Shown piece after piece: positions 37,927 through 50,900 of a stretch of DNA of 57,320 nucleotides. Position numbers and translations under genes: made by a program. Below the pieces are notes generated by a model, which did no database searches, was not told the DNA's origin, and saw only the letters and a program-made list of their open reading frames with translations. Each line of letters starts with the position of its first letter. Positions within the stretch are counted from its first letter, which is position 1. This DNA is from Moniliella sp. 'wahieum' (taxonomy: Eukaryota), in assembly GCA_003971905.1 (NCBI GenBank), contig RSEE01000170.1, positions 1-57,320 on the forward strand. The letters are read 5' to 3'.

Positions 37927-39219
37927 TTAAACTCGTTTCTGTAGTGGGCTTGGGCTGGGAGACAACATCAAACCAATAGCCAGATTACTTTTTTTTGGGG
38001 GGAAAGGGTCAAGGAACGAGCACGCTCGAGTCAGAGAAAAGCGGCTCGCGTCAGATGGATGTACTCCACGGCACACGGTGGACCGGTTCCTCTGTGCCTG
38101 CCGGCGGAGGCGGCAGCGGTACCTGTGTCTTCCCTCGCCCTGCGGCGCACGCTCCCGTCGGACCTCTACCGCCCGCCCCAACAGCTCCTTGCCATTCAAC
38201 AGACTCACCGCCTTATCCGCCGCCGCCGCGTCGGGCACCACCACCACTCCCTTGCCGTTTCCCAGTACATCCGCCCGTACCGGCGGCACCCCCGCCGCCC
38301 GCACCATATCCTTCAACGCTTTCCATCCCACCTCGGGCGCCAACTAGCTCTCCTGTCAGTATGGGCCATGACACCACACCCAAGCCAGAAAGGTACCACA
38401 TACGTTCGAAACAGACAATGTCACCCCTTCTCTCGCCCGCGGCCAACGTACCCGGCGCGGACGGGAGAAGTGGCGGCTCACCTCACGATCTTCCCGGACC
38501 AACAGCCTACGCCCATCAAAGGTAGCATCGTTTAACTGGTAAATCGCACGCTGGGCATCGGCCTGCGTGGCAAATTCCACCACCCCACACCCTTTGCTCA
38601 CTCCATTGGGCATCGTCAAGATATCCGCATGCACAACATCGCCCACCGAGCGCATAAAGTCCTTCAATTCGGCCCAGCGGGTATGGAACGGCAAGTTGCC
38701 CACATACACTCGATTCCTCTGTCGACCTGCATCGGGGGCAACCCCAGCTAGCACGGCTCCACTCGCTCCTGCCACTCTCCCACCCACACCTGCCCCGCCT
38801 CCGAACGGAGGGGGAGGAACCCGCGAACCAGACGGAAAGGGTGGCGCCATACTCATACGCAGCCACGTAGCCGTCACGGGCGGCGTCGCCATAGGGATCA
38901 GACGCGTCACGATAGCTGTCGCCGTAGGGGGGGCGGTAGGCGCCACGGTACGGGTCGCGCTCCGGGTAGGCCGGGGGAGCGTATGCGTAGGAGGAAGGGT
39001 AGGAGGGCGGGCGGGTACGCATAGGGGAAGGCCGCGGGGGTAGGGTAGCCGCTGGCGATGGCTGGCAGGCTCGACGTGCGGGCGGAGCGAAGGGGGCGTA
39101 CTCGTCGCGCGCGGCACGGCGGTCGGGGGACGCAGTGCGGCGTGGCTCAGGCGAGCGGGAGCGGCGGCGCTGGCCGTAGCCGGCAGGCGGTGGTGGTGGA
39201 TAGGCCGAGGGGCGTCCAT
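37927..39219 (-). CDS. RRM RNA/ssDNA-binding protein, Gbp2/Hrb1/hnRNP-M-like
   Basis: RRM1 reads RVYVGNLPFHTRWAELKDFMRSVGDVVHADILTMPNGVSKGCGVVEF...REDRE, carrying the W.ELKD motif of this family. RRM2 reads VSN/LAPEVGWKALKDMVR...LNGKELLGRAVEVR, split by an intron. The N-terminus is Tyr/Pro/Arg-rich. The 3' end is approximate. Confidence 0.85.
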
Positions 39220-39453
39220 CACGGCGGACGCAGTGGTGTTGGTGTTGGTGTCGCTGTGCTGCTGGAAGGATGGATGAAGGATGGAGGGGCGAGGGAGCAC
39301 GGCCCGCCCCAGCTTAAGTAACCAGCACACACGCGTCTATGTCTACGTCTACGTCATCGGCGGTGGCTGTCTTGTGGCTCTGACATGATGACAGTCGAGA
39401 TCCCAGCCCCGCCTTTGAGCTGCCCCGCCAGTCCACACGCCATTCATCGCATG

Positions 39454-40972
39454 CTACACCAGCGCAATCAGCATGCGCGCCGCCATCGGGCCCAGCGCCG
39501 CCGCCGCATCCAACGCCTTGCGCACCACCCCTCCAGCTCTCCTCGTCCGGGCCCTCCGCCCCAAATAGATCCCCCTCGCCCCGGCGCACCTGCACCACCA
39601 GCTGCAGAAGCGTGATGCGCATGCGCGACACCACACACTCGATCTGCGCCAGCACCGCCATGTCCTGCGCCATCTCGCGCGGGTCCCAAAGCCCGCCGGG
39701 GGAGGCAGCGGGAGGAAGGGGCCTCTTGGCACGCTCTTTGCTGGACCCGGACGCGCAACGGGGGCGCCAGCCATACACAATGTCTTGTCCAGTGCCGCCA
39801 GCACGTCCGGCACAGCCACCCAGCTGCCATCCGCCTGGTCCAGCAGCTCGACGGACGAAAGTCAGCCTTGTAGCGCATCTTGGTGCAGGTGTGGACATAG
39901 TATCCAAGCAGGTGCCACTGCATCCTCTCCCACCCTTTGCCACGCGCCCGCAACTCCCGCACCAAGAGCGCCTCGCGCATAGCGGCGATCGTGCCCAAGT
40001 GTAGGTCGGCATAGGCAGGGTCGTAGTAGAGATATACACTGGAGACACACGTTGGCAGAATATCGAGTACGCCCACCGCGATCAGGGTACCATCGACTAG
40101 AGGAGAGGGGGGCGAGGGTCAGTTTCACCAAGACAAGAGGAATTGGGAGGCGCGAGCCGAGAGGTACGCACGGCGGTACTCTTGATGGTAGCTTCCAAAG
40201 CACAGCTCCTCCGAATTGTCTTCCACCACCTTCCCGTGGTCGGACTAGTGCGGAGGATGGGGCTATCGACAAGAAAGCGGGTGAAACCTTCCTTGGTCAG
40301 GTCTTCCTTCTTGTCTTTGTGCACCACCATCTGATACTTTTGATAGAGGGTAAACTTCTCCTCCGTAAAGGAGGCGGGAACGAGGCGGGTCTGGTCAAAG
40401 GTCAGCAAGGTCAGCTTGTGGCCCAATGCGCAAGATACGAGCGGCGCACCTTTAATCTCCTTTGCATCAAAGTAGGGGCGGTATCATACAGCCGCTCGGT
40501 TGACGTGGCCGGGGAAGCAACCCAATTTTCCTTGGTCTCCATCTCATCCGGTGCCTCGATTGCGTGCCAGCGCTTTTCCAGGTCAAAGTCCAGGCATACT
40601 TGCCCTTTGTCTTGGCCGGCGGGGTGGACTGGCCGCGGACAAAGCGACAGAGCCGAGCAAACGCTCGCCGTTGTGCCCGCCCGGCTTGTATTGGCTCGCA
40701 TCGAGACGGATGGTGAGGAGGGGGCAGCAGGCACGGGTGTTGTCGGGTCTGTAGAGGTACTGTCCCGAGCGACGAAAGTTGGAGCCGCCCCAGCCGGGTT
40801 GGGGATCGCCGCCGGCCAGGACGCCGTAGTCGGCGGGGGTAGCTGCACCGCCCAGCCCGAATTTGCGTCCCTCGCCCTCGCTCGGATCACCTTCTCGCTG
40901 GGGCGTGCAGTAGCCACAGGACGACGCATCGTACCCGACCGGCACCACCACGCTCGTCGACGGCAAGCTCAT
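39454..40972 (-). CDS. ATE1: Arginyl-tRNA--protein transferase 1
   Basis: ATE_N motifs SSCGYC and RRSGQYLYRPDNTRACCPLLTIRLDA. ATE_C motifs LYQKYQMVVHKD, GFTRFLVDSP, GSYHQEY, IAVGVLDILPTCVSSVYLYYDP and GYYVHTCTKMRYKADFRPS. Confidence 0.93.
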
Positions 40973-43900
40973 GGCGGCGGAGCAGCACAGCGCTGGGGCG
41001 GATGCACAGGGGATAAAGTACGGCGAGCGGCGGAGTTTGGCTGGGCTTATATACCGTTCCGCCGGTGCGGGCTGCGACAACTGCCAGGTGCGCTGCGATG
41101 CTTTCTTTCCTCGGCCCCTCCTCTCTCGGCTGCGTGCGGCGGCAGCTGCCTTCTCCCGACACCCTCGCCAGTAGCGCGTTGCTGGGGCAATGGTGGCCTT
41201 CCACTCGCCTATACGCGTGCCCCACGGCCCCCTGCCCCAACATTCGCGTGTCCCTACTACGAGGGATCAGGACGATCGATGATCGCCTGGGCGATGGTTC
41301 CCCTCGCTCTCGCCAGATCCGTGCAGCGTGTTGGGCAAGGCACACTCTTGCTCCCACGCCTTCTGTCGCGCCCGCGTCGAACGGTGCCATCCACACTGTT
41401 TAGCGCACCGGACAGGCCTCGGTTGTAACACGCACTCGTCTTTTTCGATGCGAGCGGGCGAGAGAGAGGGATGGGCTGCCTCCCCCCCCCCCCTTCGAGA
41501 GTCAGCCATGAAGGCCAAGGACGGAAGAGCACAATTCGACACCCGGCCTGCTCGGGATACAGAAGAGGATCTGTGGTCGTCCATCATACAGATCGCCCGG
41601 GTCGTCTCGATCGAATCGGTGCGCATCCATTTCACCCACATCGTGAATACCCTACAAGTGGCCAAATCCGACACTCGATCCTTCGCGCCGAGCCCATCGC
41701 GAGACGCCGAGCTGGAAGTCTGCACGCTTGGCGTAGTTAAGCTTGAAGCGAGCAGGAGGAATTCGAGGTTGGGAGGCCCGTGCACTTCCGCGCGAGGGAA
41801 AGTGTTCCTCTACGAGCCAGGCGAACGTCCTAGACGCGTTAGATGGGATGGATGGCACGGGTTACTGGCGACGTTTTGCGGCTGGGCTCTCTTTTCACGT
41901 GCGCGTAGAACTACACAGCACCCAGAGGCCATCGCATCTCTGTCCTCTGAGCCTGGCTGCATTGCCCCCCACGTTGCCCCCCTGAGCGTGCGCACCTACG
42001 CGTCGTGAGGTTTAGCAGCCCGCCTTTACCCCCGACGTGTTGTAGGCGAGGGTGAGTGCGGCTTCTGGCCCCATCGCGTTGTGGTTCGAATGCAACTGAC
42101 CCGCCTTAGGTTGTCCAACTGACCGAACTTGGCGTCGACCCGGACGCATCGGCGTTTGCGCCGCAGCGTTCGTGCGTATCGCTGCGTGGCGCGCGAGAGC
42201 CCAACTGGCCTCCCAAGTCAGACGTGTTGGTGATTGGGGTGCTCTGTGGATTGGTGCTTTCCTCCTGCGCTGGACGGACGGTTGTTGCGGCGATTCTGCG
42301 CACAACCGCGGTCAGATCGGCGTTGATTGGACACTGTGGCCAAACCCGTCTCGTAGCTGGGCTACGTCGTACTTGCTCACCCAGACCGGCTGCCAGCCGT
42401 GTACGACAGCTGCTCGGGCTGTTTCGGCTTCAAGCCCGCTATGCTGGTTGCCTCGACCTGTCTTTCTGCTTGGCTCGCTCCTTTGTGGTCTGCCGCGCAC
42501 GTTTCCCCAGCTGTGTTCCGTTCGTTCCTTTGCCAGGGTTGCCGGGGGGCGTGACAACCCTGGCAACCAGTCGCACCTCTCACCTCGCACCTCGTTTTGC
42601 TTCAAGACCGGGGCATGTTCCAAGCCTCTGGCCAACCAGGTGTAGACTGTGGGGGGGTCAGATGTCTGCTCGACGGGCGCGTTCACTAACAGTGGCATTG
42701 AGTGCCTGATACAAGTCCCGCTATGCAGGATGCACTTTACAGAGGTGTCTCTGCCAAGGTCGCGATGTCTCCTGGCTCTAGCTCCACGGTGGAGACGATG
42801 AAGGGAATTGAATATTGATGCTGTAGGCAGTGCGATACTTGTCTCGTCTGTTTCCTTTGTACTTCGCACGTGTTCCTTAGGTCTTTCGTCGTACATCCTT
42901 GAGCTTTCCTTTTCTCTTCGCTGTTCGATGCGATGGCGCTGGCAAACGGGGTTGTCCATGCGGAGAAGTATGTGGACTGTGGACCCGCTGATGTCACTCC
43001 GTCTTAAGTTTCCGCGTATCCCTGGGGACGCGCTTCTCGCAACCTGCGTTCATCGGAATGGATCTACTGGTTCATGATGCATTGGAATGATATTGGCTTT
43101 TGGGGGTATCTCGACCATCACGATCGAGGCACACTCATCGCCCCGGTCGACCCTACTACTGATATGTCGGCGGAAAAAACAAGGATGACCTGGCTACTTC
43201 TTGCATGCGATGGGCTCCATCCGTGGTGGATCGGTTTGGCAAGCTATTCTGCAGGCGCGCATGCAGAGGACGCTCTAGGATACTAGCCTCACGCCCCAAA
43301 TCGTCTCGGCCATTCGAGACGAGGCGAATGGGATTGGCACGCTGCCAGATACTACGATGCAGCTCCGGCGTATCGGTCGATGGGCCTGTTATCTCTCTAC
43401 AGTCGATGCATCGTCAGTACTTCCTGGTATGATGGTGATACACTGTGGTAGGTTGGCCCGGATGCATATGCCTCTCCCCCGTTTCTAATGAAGGGGGACA
43501 CGCCATACGTGGGAGCGTACGCCATAGAAGCACAGCCCTCCCCACTCGACTCTCCCTGGGGAACTGAAAAAGCCCAGCCGATCGCAACCGCGGTCAACTC
43601 ATTATATTCAACGCACAGATTGGATTGGGAGCAAAGCAAGAGATGGTCCGTGCACACGCACGCCCTGCCCTTGCCGATAAAAAATGCTTGGGAACACGCC
43701 CGCTCGCTCCCACACAAACGGTATCGGCCGTGTGCTAGGCCTCAGCGCGCCGCATCAAGCATCAAGCTTCAAGCTTCAAGCTTCCGGCGGCATGGCCACA
43801 ACGGCTGTACCAATTTCTGGCCACGACGAATCCATGAATCCATCCGCTGTGTTCTCTCAGCTCTAGTCTCAGCACAACCTACTGGTTATGCTTCCGATGC

Positions 43901-44108
43901 AGCAGACCGATCCCCGTGCGCAACACGGGCTGGATCGGCCGGAGCCCAGACCGATGGGGTGCTCGCTGTGGCCAGTGACCTAGGGCGGATGGGTGACGTC
44001 GGTGACGCACACCGCAAAAATTACCTTAATCCGCGATCCTGCCTGTCCACCTCCTTATCGACCTTATCGCGCTGCTGTGTTTCCTTCCGTCCACCACCCG
44101 CGGCGACA

Positions 44109-46266
44109 ATGCTCCTTCCTAGCCCGGCCATCTCCCATGTCAAGGGGGACCCCCCTCTTCCTGCACGGCCCCACAGACGGGGGCTAGCAGGACGACTGCT
44201 CCTGGCTGTTCTTTTCCTCTGCGGGACGGGCCTGCTGCACCAGTACGTCCCCGGTATCGTTGGTGGTGTCGCTGGATCCCCTGACCGCCTGTTGTCTTTT
44301 GCGTTGATTTGCGTGCACTAGCCAAACCCACCTTCCTGCTTTCCCCTTCTCCCTCCACCCCCCCCCCACACCAAGGAGGGCGAGCTGAAAGTTACCGAGG
44401 CATATGCTTTCGAACGAGTACGTCTCCCCCCCTTCTGATCAAACCGATGCGGCATCTGACCCCAGGGCGTTTGGCATAGGTGATTGGCAACATTGGAGGT
44501 GCATCAAACGAGACCTTTGTACCAAACGTGATGCTCGGGTGAGTGTGCTTTCGCTACTTGTGGTTCCCATTGCGTCGGGGAGACGACTAACTGACTTGCT
44601 GGGACCGTGCAGGACTGTGGTTGCCTCGCCTGCGACGGCGGCGCCAGACTACTTTTATGCCTGGACGCGGGATGGTGCGTTTGCCGCGAAACTGATTGTG
44701 GACCTGTTTCTGCAATCGAGAAAGAACCATTCGGATGGGGATTGGGATTGGGACTGGCCCAGTCGAGCTCGCGCACCCACTCGTCCCTCTCGCACTCACA
44801 CTCACACTCTCACCCGCTTAGCCAAAATGACTGGGAGATGGGCGCGAAAAAGTTGACACGGCCGTTGCGGATTTTGGCTGAGGACTGGATCCTGTCCGAG
44901 TTTTTCCATCAACTTTCCGCGATCCGCTCGTCCTTTGGACAGGGGGAGCCGAAGTTCCTGGTGGATGGAAGTTTGTTTACCGGTACGCCTCCCCCAACCT
45001 CCCTATCTCTCTTTAGTGTTTTTTTTTGTTCGCTCACCCTGCTTTGTCCTTCCATGCAGGCCCGTGGGGTCGGCCTCAGGCCGATGGCCCTGCGCTTCGC
45101 GCCACGGCGATGATGAAGTTTGCTCGGATTGTGGGACTGAACGACCCATTTGTGCGTAGCTTTTTGTACCATGCCAATTTGGATGGACGGTCCATGATCA
45201 AGGACGATCTCGAGTGGCTGGCCCACAATTGGAAGGCAAGCAGTTTTGATTGTAAGTGCGCACTTGTCCTTTCCTTGCGCGGGATCGTGGCAATTTCTCT
45301 GACCCCATGTGAACAGTATGGGAGGAGCTGGATAGTGCCCACTTCTTCACCAAGCAAGTCCAACGGCGCGCCTTGGCTGAAGGAGCTCAGTTCGCCGCCG
45401 ACTTTAACGACACGGGTGCTGCGCAGTTTTATCGCGCGCAAGCCGATCAGCTCGGCGCACAGCTGCAACACTTTTGGTCTCCGAAGCAAGGCCGGGTCAA
45501 CGCGTACCACGTGTCGGGACGGAGCGGTGTGGACTGCGCCGTGCTGCTCGGCGCCAATCATGGCTGGAACCAAAGCTCCCTCACGGCCAGCTTGGACGAG
45601 ACTCAATTTGGACCGGCCACCCAGCGCATTCTGGCTACCACCAAGGTCTTTGTGGATACCTTCCGTACCCTCTACCCCATCAACAAGAACGCGTCCGCAC
45701 CCGCACCGGTGCTGGTAGGACGGTACCCGGAGGTACGTGTGGGATGTCCCAGGGGTGTGCATGGCCTGGCTGACGGTCGACGTGTGTGGTCTGTGTTTGT
45801 TTTGTTTTTTGTTGGTTTTTTTTTTCCATGCGGGCGGGGTGGGCAGGACGAGTACTCGGGCTTTGAGCGCAACGGCGGCAATCCTTGGTATTTGTGCACG
45901 CTGGCCACGGCCGAAACGCTGTACAATGCAGTGAGCGTGCTGAAGCAGGCGGGCCAAGTGGCGGTGACGCCAACAACCTCGGACTTTTTCCAGCAATTTG
46001 CGCCGTCGGTCTCACTGGCGTGTATGGCGCAACGGATGCTGATGCCGATGCCGGTGCCGGCGACATGTATGCGGCTGCTGGACGGAATGCAGCAGCAAGC
46101 GGACGGACTGGTGGAGCTGACAACGTCGTATGCGTTTGCCAATGGGTCGATGAGCGAGCAGATCGACAAGACATCGGGCGCGCCGGTGGGAGCTCGCGAC
46201 CTGACATGGAGCTACACGGCGTTCCTGACGGCCCAGCGGGCGGCGCGCGGCCAGCCTGTGTTCTGA
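44109..46266 (+). CDS. Glycoside hydrolase family 15 glucoamylase, no starch-binding domain
   Basis: Motifs VVASP...PDYFYAWTRDG, GEPKF, PWGRPQADGPALRA, FD/.WEE, GRYPE/D.Y...GGNPWYLCT and GSMSEQIDK..G.PVGARDLTWSY. Several GT-AG introns. Stops right after the catalytic domain. Confidence 0.93.
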
Positions 46267-47518
46267 CGATGCGTGCAGCGGGACTGCCCAGGACGAGTGG
46301 GCCGTGCATGGACGGGGGGAGAGAGGGAGGCTGTGCTAGGGGCAATGCGATCTTCCGATTCGTAGTGATGCGTTAATACATACATGAGGGTTGATTGGCC
46401 GGCGTGGTTGGTGTATGTGTAAGGCGGCGGATCCTACTACTTTTTCCCCACTAGCAGCTACTTCTCGTCTCGGTGGCAATGGGAGGAGTGATGCGCGCCG
46501 CCGCTGTGCTGAGGCGCGAGCTGGGCGTGGACGCGGGCACGGGGGCACGAGGCCAGTGCTGGGCGGAGGTGATGGCGAATTTTGATGGTCTCGCGCTGTT
46601 TAAATTTCGACGGGCCTCCATCGGTCGGCTCTGAGAGGATATAGTTGACTACGGTCACGCCCTTGGGGTTCGACGATGTTGACGTTGGACATTACGCGCT
46701 GGACACTGGACGCTGTGGGCGCAGAAGCTCAGCTGCCAACACCACAGCAACCAGCACTCCTCCGGCTGGCCCGAGGCGTAGATGGGATGCGCAGGCCAGG
46801 GCGTGCGGCCGGCTGGGTTGGGCACATGCTTCCGTCCGCCGTGCACCACCATCCCGGTGTGTGGCCGTTGCTGGGGAGCAGGCCACCACGTGATGCGACA
46901 AGCCCAAGACGCGTCGCTGCCACAACTAACCCCCGCGGGATGCTGACGCTCATGGGCCGCATCCAGCGGTAGACCCCAAGACGTCTCTCAGCTCTGTCAG
47001 ATATACCCGCCCCAGCCCCTGTGGCCTCGGCCCACTCGCCCCAGTTTCCTCCCCCTCTCTTCCCTCCTTCCGGCGTCCAGCCTCTTGCCTTTCATCCATC
47101 ATCAACCCCTTCTCCTTCTTCCGCTTCCCATCTGCACCTCTTCCTCGCACGCAGGATTCCATGTACGTTGCCCGCCATCCCCTCTTCTTCCCTCGCCCCT
47201 CCCCCCCCCCTCCCTCCCATCGCCACCGCTCCGCATGCGCTGTCCGCCATGTCCTCGCTCATCCCTGCGACGACGGCCCAACGCGTTGGGGCCGCCAGCG
47301 CAACCATACTTCCCTTGGCACCGGGTGACTCTTCTTTGTGCTGACTACCCCATTTTGCTTTGCTTTTTCTCTTTTTCTCTCCGCCTTTCGCACCTGCCTC
47401 TCTGTCTTCTCTACCGCTGCCGCTGCCGCCACCACCATCACCGCCATCGCCATCGCCACTACCTTCACCACCACCCTCCTCGTCCCTCGGGTACATTCAT
47501 CCATCAACAGAGCCCACC

Positions 47519-47923
47519 ATGGCCCGCACCAAGCAAACCGCGCGCAGTCGACCGGTGGCAAGGCGCCGCGCAAGCAACTTGCTACCAAAGCCGCGCGCAA
47601 GTCAGCCCCTACCGCGGGGAGTCAAGAAGCCCCACCGTTACAAGCCCGGTACGGTGGCGCTGCGTGAGATTCGGCGGTACCAGAAGAGCACTGAACTGTT
47701 GATTCGTAAGCTGCCGTTCCAGCGCTTGGTGCGTGAGATCTCGCAGGACTGGAAGACGGATTTGCGGTTCCAGTCGTCAGCGATTGGCGCGCTGCAGGAG
47801 GCTGCTGAAGCCTACCTCGTCGGCCTTTGAGGACACCACTTGGCTGCCATCCACGCTAAGCGCGTCACCATCCAACCCAAGGACATTGCCCTGGCTCGCC
47901 GTCTCCGTGGCGAGCGGTCGTAA
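47519..47923 (+). CDS. H3: Histone H3 (coding region intronless, solitary; A75S and F78W relative to canonical H3)
   Basis: MARTKQTAR(K)[23 protein letters not shown](GG)[68 protein letters not shown](LF)EDT(N)[27 protein letters not shown]. Length is 405 nt against 411 expected, and the deficit is explained by four homopolymer deletions. Confidence 0.97.
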
Positions 47924-50900
47924 AGCACACTTCGTCCTCCTATGCCGCCTGCGCTCCCCCCGCCCCTTCTCTTCCTGTACTCTCTCATGTCCGCTTCGTC
48001 CTCCTCCTCTGATCGTCCACTTGTGTTCGTCGTCCGTCTTGACGATCGGTGCTCCATCGATGGCACGAGTATGATGGGATGTCTTCCTGTTCCCCTTTTC
48101 CTGTTGCTGTGCGCGAGAGATGCCCACCACTCACTCGCCAAGCTACCTTTCCTCCTCCCCTGATCCCAGCCGTCTTCGCAAGGGCGGAACAAGGTAGATG
48201 TAATAGTACGTGGCATGGCCAAGCAAGGTGGGAGGATACCATACCGCGCTGTGGCCTTGCGGAAGGGATTGGGCAGATGGAAAGCAATGTAGACAGATGG
48301 GGGAGACGCGGGTTTATCGATTATCGCTGCGACGCGCACCAGCCCGCGTTGGAACTTCGGTGCAACAATAGACATGACTCCTAGTGGCCTCCTGCCTTCC
48401 AGCTTCATACTAAGCTCCATTGAAACTTTGAGCCGTTGAGTCCTCGCCTCTACCATATCCCCGCCAGGGCCCACAGGGCCTCGCTCCGTCCCTTAGCTTG
48501 ATGTCCACCACCTACCTGCCTTTCCTACGCTCACCACTTCCGCCTTCGCCTCTTGCCCACCTCGTTCCCGTGGCCCGGATCCAACCACTTCCCGCCTCTA
48601 AGTCCACTCGCCAAGAACCACGCTTCAAGCTCCAACGCGCTTCTCCCTCGCCGCCCCCTTCGTTCCCCTGAGGCCTGACCGCTGGGCCGTGCCAATCGCT
48701 CCAATGCCTGTACCTGTGCCTGTGCATGTTCCTGTGCCTGTGCCTGTACCTGTGCCGGTCGCTGTGCCGAAGGATGGTAAGCGCTAAGCACTAACCACCT
48801 AGTACCAGGACCAGGATGGGGTTCTTCGTTTCGCTAGCAAAACGTTTGCCGTGCGTGTGCCAGGGAAAGGCAGGGAGCGCTAAGCAGGAAGCTTCGAGCC
48901 CCGCTCAGGCTGAGCGACACGCTTCGTTTTCCTTGCCCTCTTTGCCTGTGGTGTGCAATCTTCCGCTTGGGCCGAAGGATGCTGTTCCGTGAACCGTTGA
49001 ACGGGATGTTGCCCCCCTTCAAATGGTGAAGCTAGAAGCTTGGACCTTGAAGAGCTTGAACAGCTTCAAGAGCTTCAAGGGCTTGAAATGGCTTTGTATA
49101 CCCCCTTACCCACTCTGCCATCCTGGGGCTTGAAGGGCCTATAAAACGTCCTGTACGCCCTGCACGTCCTGTCCTGTACGAGAGCATCGTGCTCTTCGAG
49201 GTGCCTATGGACCAGGCCCTAGCTTTGACAAGCCCACTTGTTTCCCTTGCTTGCCTGACCGGCTGACCTTGCCCTGTCGTTGTACCCATGCAATATTCAC
49301 CCCTCGTACGCTTACCTTTTTTGTACCCACAAATCGATCATTCGCTCTAGCTGGCGTGTGCCACTCTCCTCCCTGTATCGTCGAGGTGCCCGGTCAATGG
49401 GTGGGTCTGTGGAGCCAGAGGCCATGCAGGCCCCACCTGAAGTCCGGCTCATCAGGCCCGAGGCCCTGAAACTTGCAGGCACAAGGAAGAGCGGGGAAGC
49501 AGGATGGTGAATGGCCTGTGGCAGCTGATGATCGATGATCGATGATCGATGATCTATGGTCACCGGTCACCGGTCACTGGTCACCGGACATTTACGGCCA
49601 AGTAAGGCCGCTTTCATCGTCTCTGGTCAAAGGGTAAAACCGGTGACATGGGCATGACATCATTAACCATGCACATCATGCATCATGCATCATGTGTTGG
49701 GATGTGGATGAAGCTTTTTCTGACGTGGGGTTCCCCACTCCTTACTCCTTGTTGAGCGCTCAGCTGAGCATCGTTATGATGTACCAGTTGATAGCAACAC
49801 GCCCCTGTAAAACGCTGTATCCATGTGCTTCAAGCTCCCAGCTCCCAGCTCCAAGCTCCAAGCTTCAAGAGCTTTACCAGCACGCGTTGTCTGTCCGAGT
49901 CAGTGCGTGGGTATCGGATACGACCGATCCCCGCTTCAAGCTTCAATGCCACCTGTCGATATCAATATCAATCGAACCAGACCAGACTATCGCCTACAAT
50001 ATACCAGGGCAATCCGATAACCTGCAGGGGGTGTCCCTTCGAGGCGTCTCGATCGCTAGGGGGCTGCATTGAGGCGTTGAGGCGTGACGTTGATTCGGAC
50101 GTGTTGCCATCGTGCTGCTGGGGGTCTGTAGGGACCAGGACAGTCAATATCATCGCCTGTCTGTGCTCGAACGCGTATTACTTAGTTGGAAGCGTCACGC
50201 GTCAAGCCTTCTCGGGCAGAATGGCTTCGGTAGGGACGTTCCAAATCACTATCGCCTCGGAGTTTGGTCTAGCTTGGCCAGGAACTAGGACCTAGTGCCT
50301 AACCTTGGCCGAGCTTGGCTATAGTGGCTTAGCTTGGCCTAGCTTGGCCTAGCTTTTGCAAGCTTCAAGCTTCAAGCTTCAAGGCCTGAGGCCTTGAGGC
50401 CCTGAGGCCCTGAGGCGCCTGAGGAACTGGTCAGCGGTAACCTGATCATCGATTATCGATTATCGATTACATGTTACAGCTTCCAGGTTATTTTGCAACG
50501 GGGTTATACGATCTGCGACAGGAATGTCGCACGACACACGTCACGCGTCACGCGTCACAGCCTCATTTCAAAGTTCATAACCCAGGGTGTCAGCATGCCA
50601 CTAGTCACTCAGTCACTACTCGCTAGTCGCTTGTCGCTGGTCGCCAAGTCACTCGTCCGCGTCACTAGCTTCACTAGTCGCTAGCCACGCGCCACGGGCG
50701 ACTCACCAGTCTGTCACATGTGACTGAAAGCTTGAACGTTAAACGTTAACCGGCAACTAGGTACTAACAGCTAGCCATCGGCCATCCCCCCATCCCCATC
50801 CCCTCCGCCCGGGGACCATGGGTACACGGTCCCCGAGTCCCCGTAGCTTCGCGCTTGGTCCTTTTGAAGCTTGAAGCTTGAAGCTTGGCGCTCGAAGCTT

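Noticed and set aside
41400..43800. Several 70-270 aa ORFs between ATE1 and the glucoamylase
   Set aside because: No recognisable motifs. Overlapping ORFs on both strands are expected at this GC content.
49968..50260. Protein-like minus-strand frame with two in-frame stops (EAIVIWNVPTE...LPWYIVGDSLVWFD)
   Set aside because: Too short and unassignable. It may be a gene relic but cannot be supported without a homology search.
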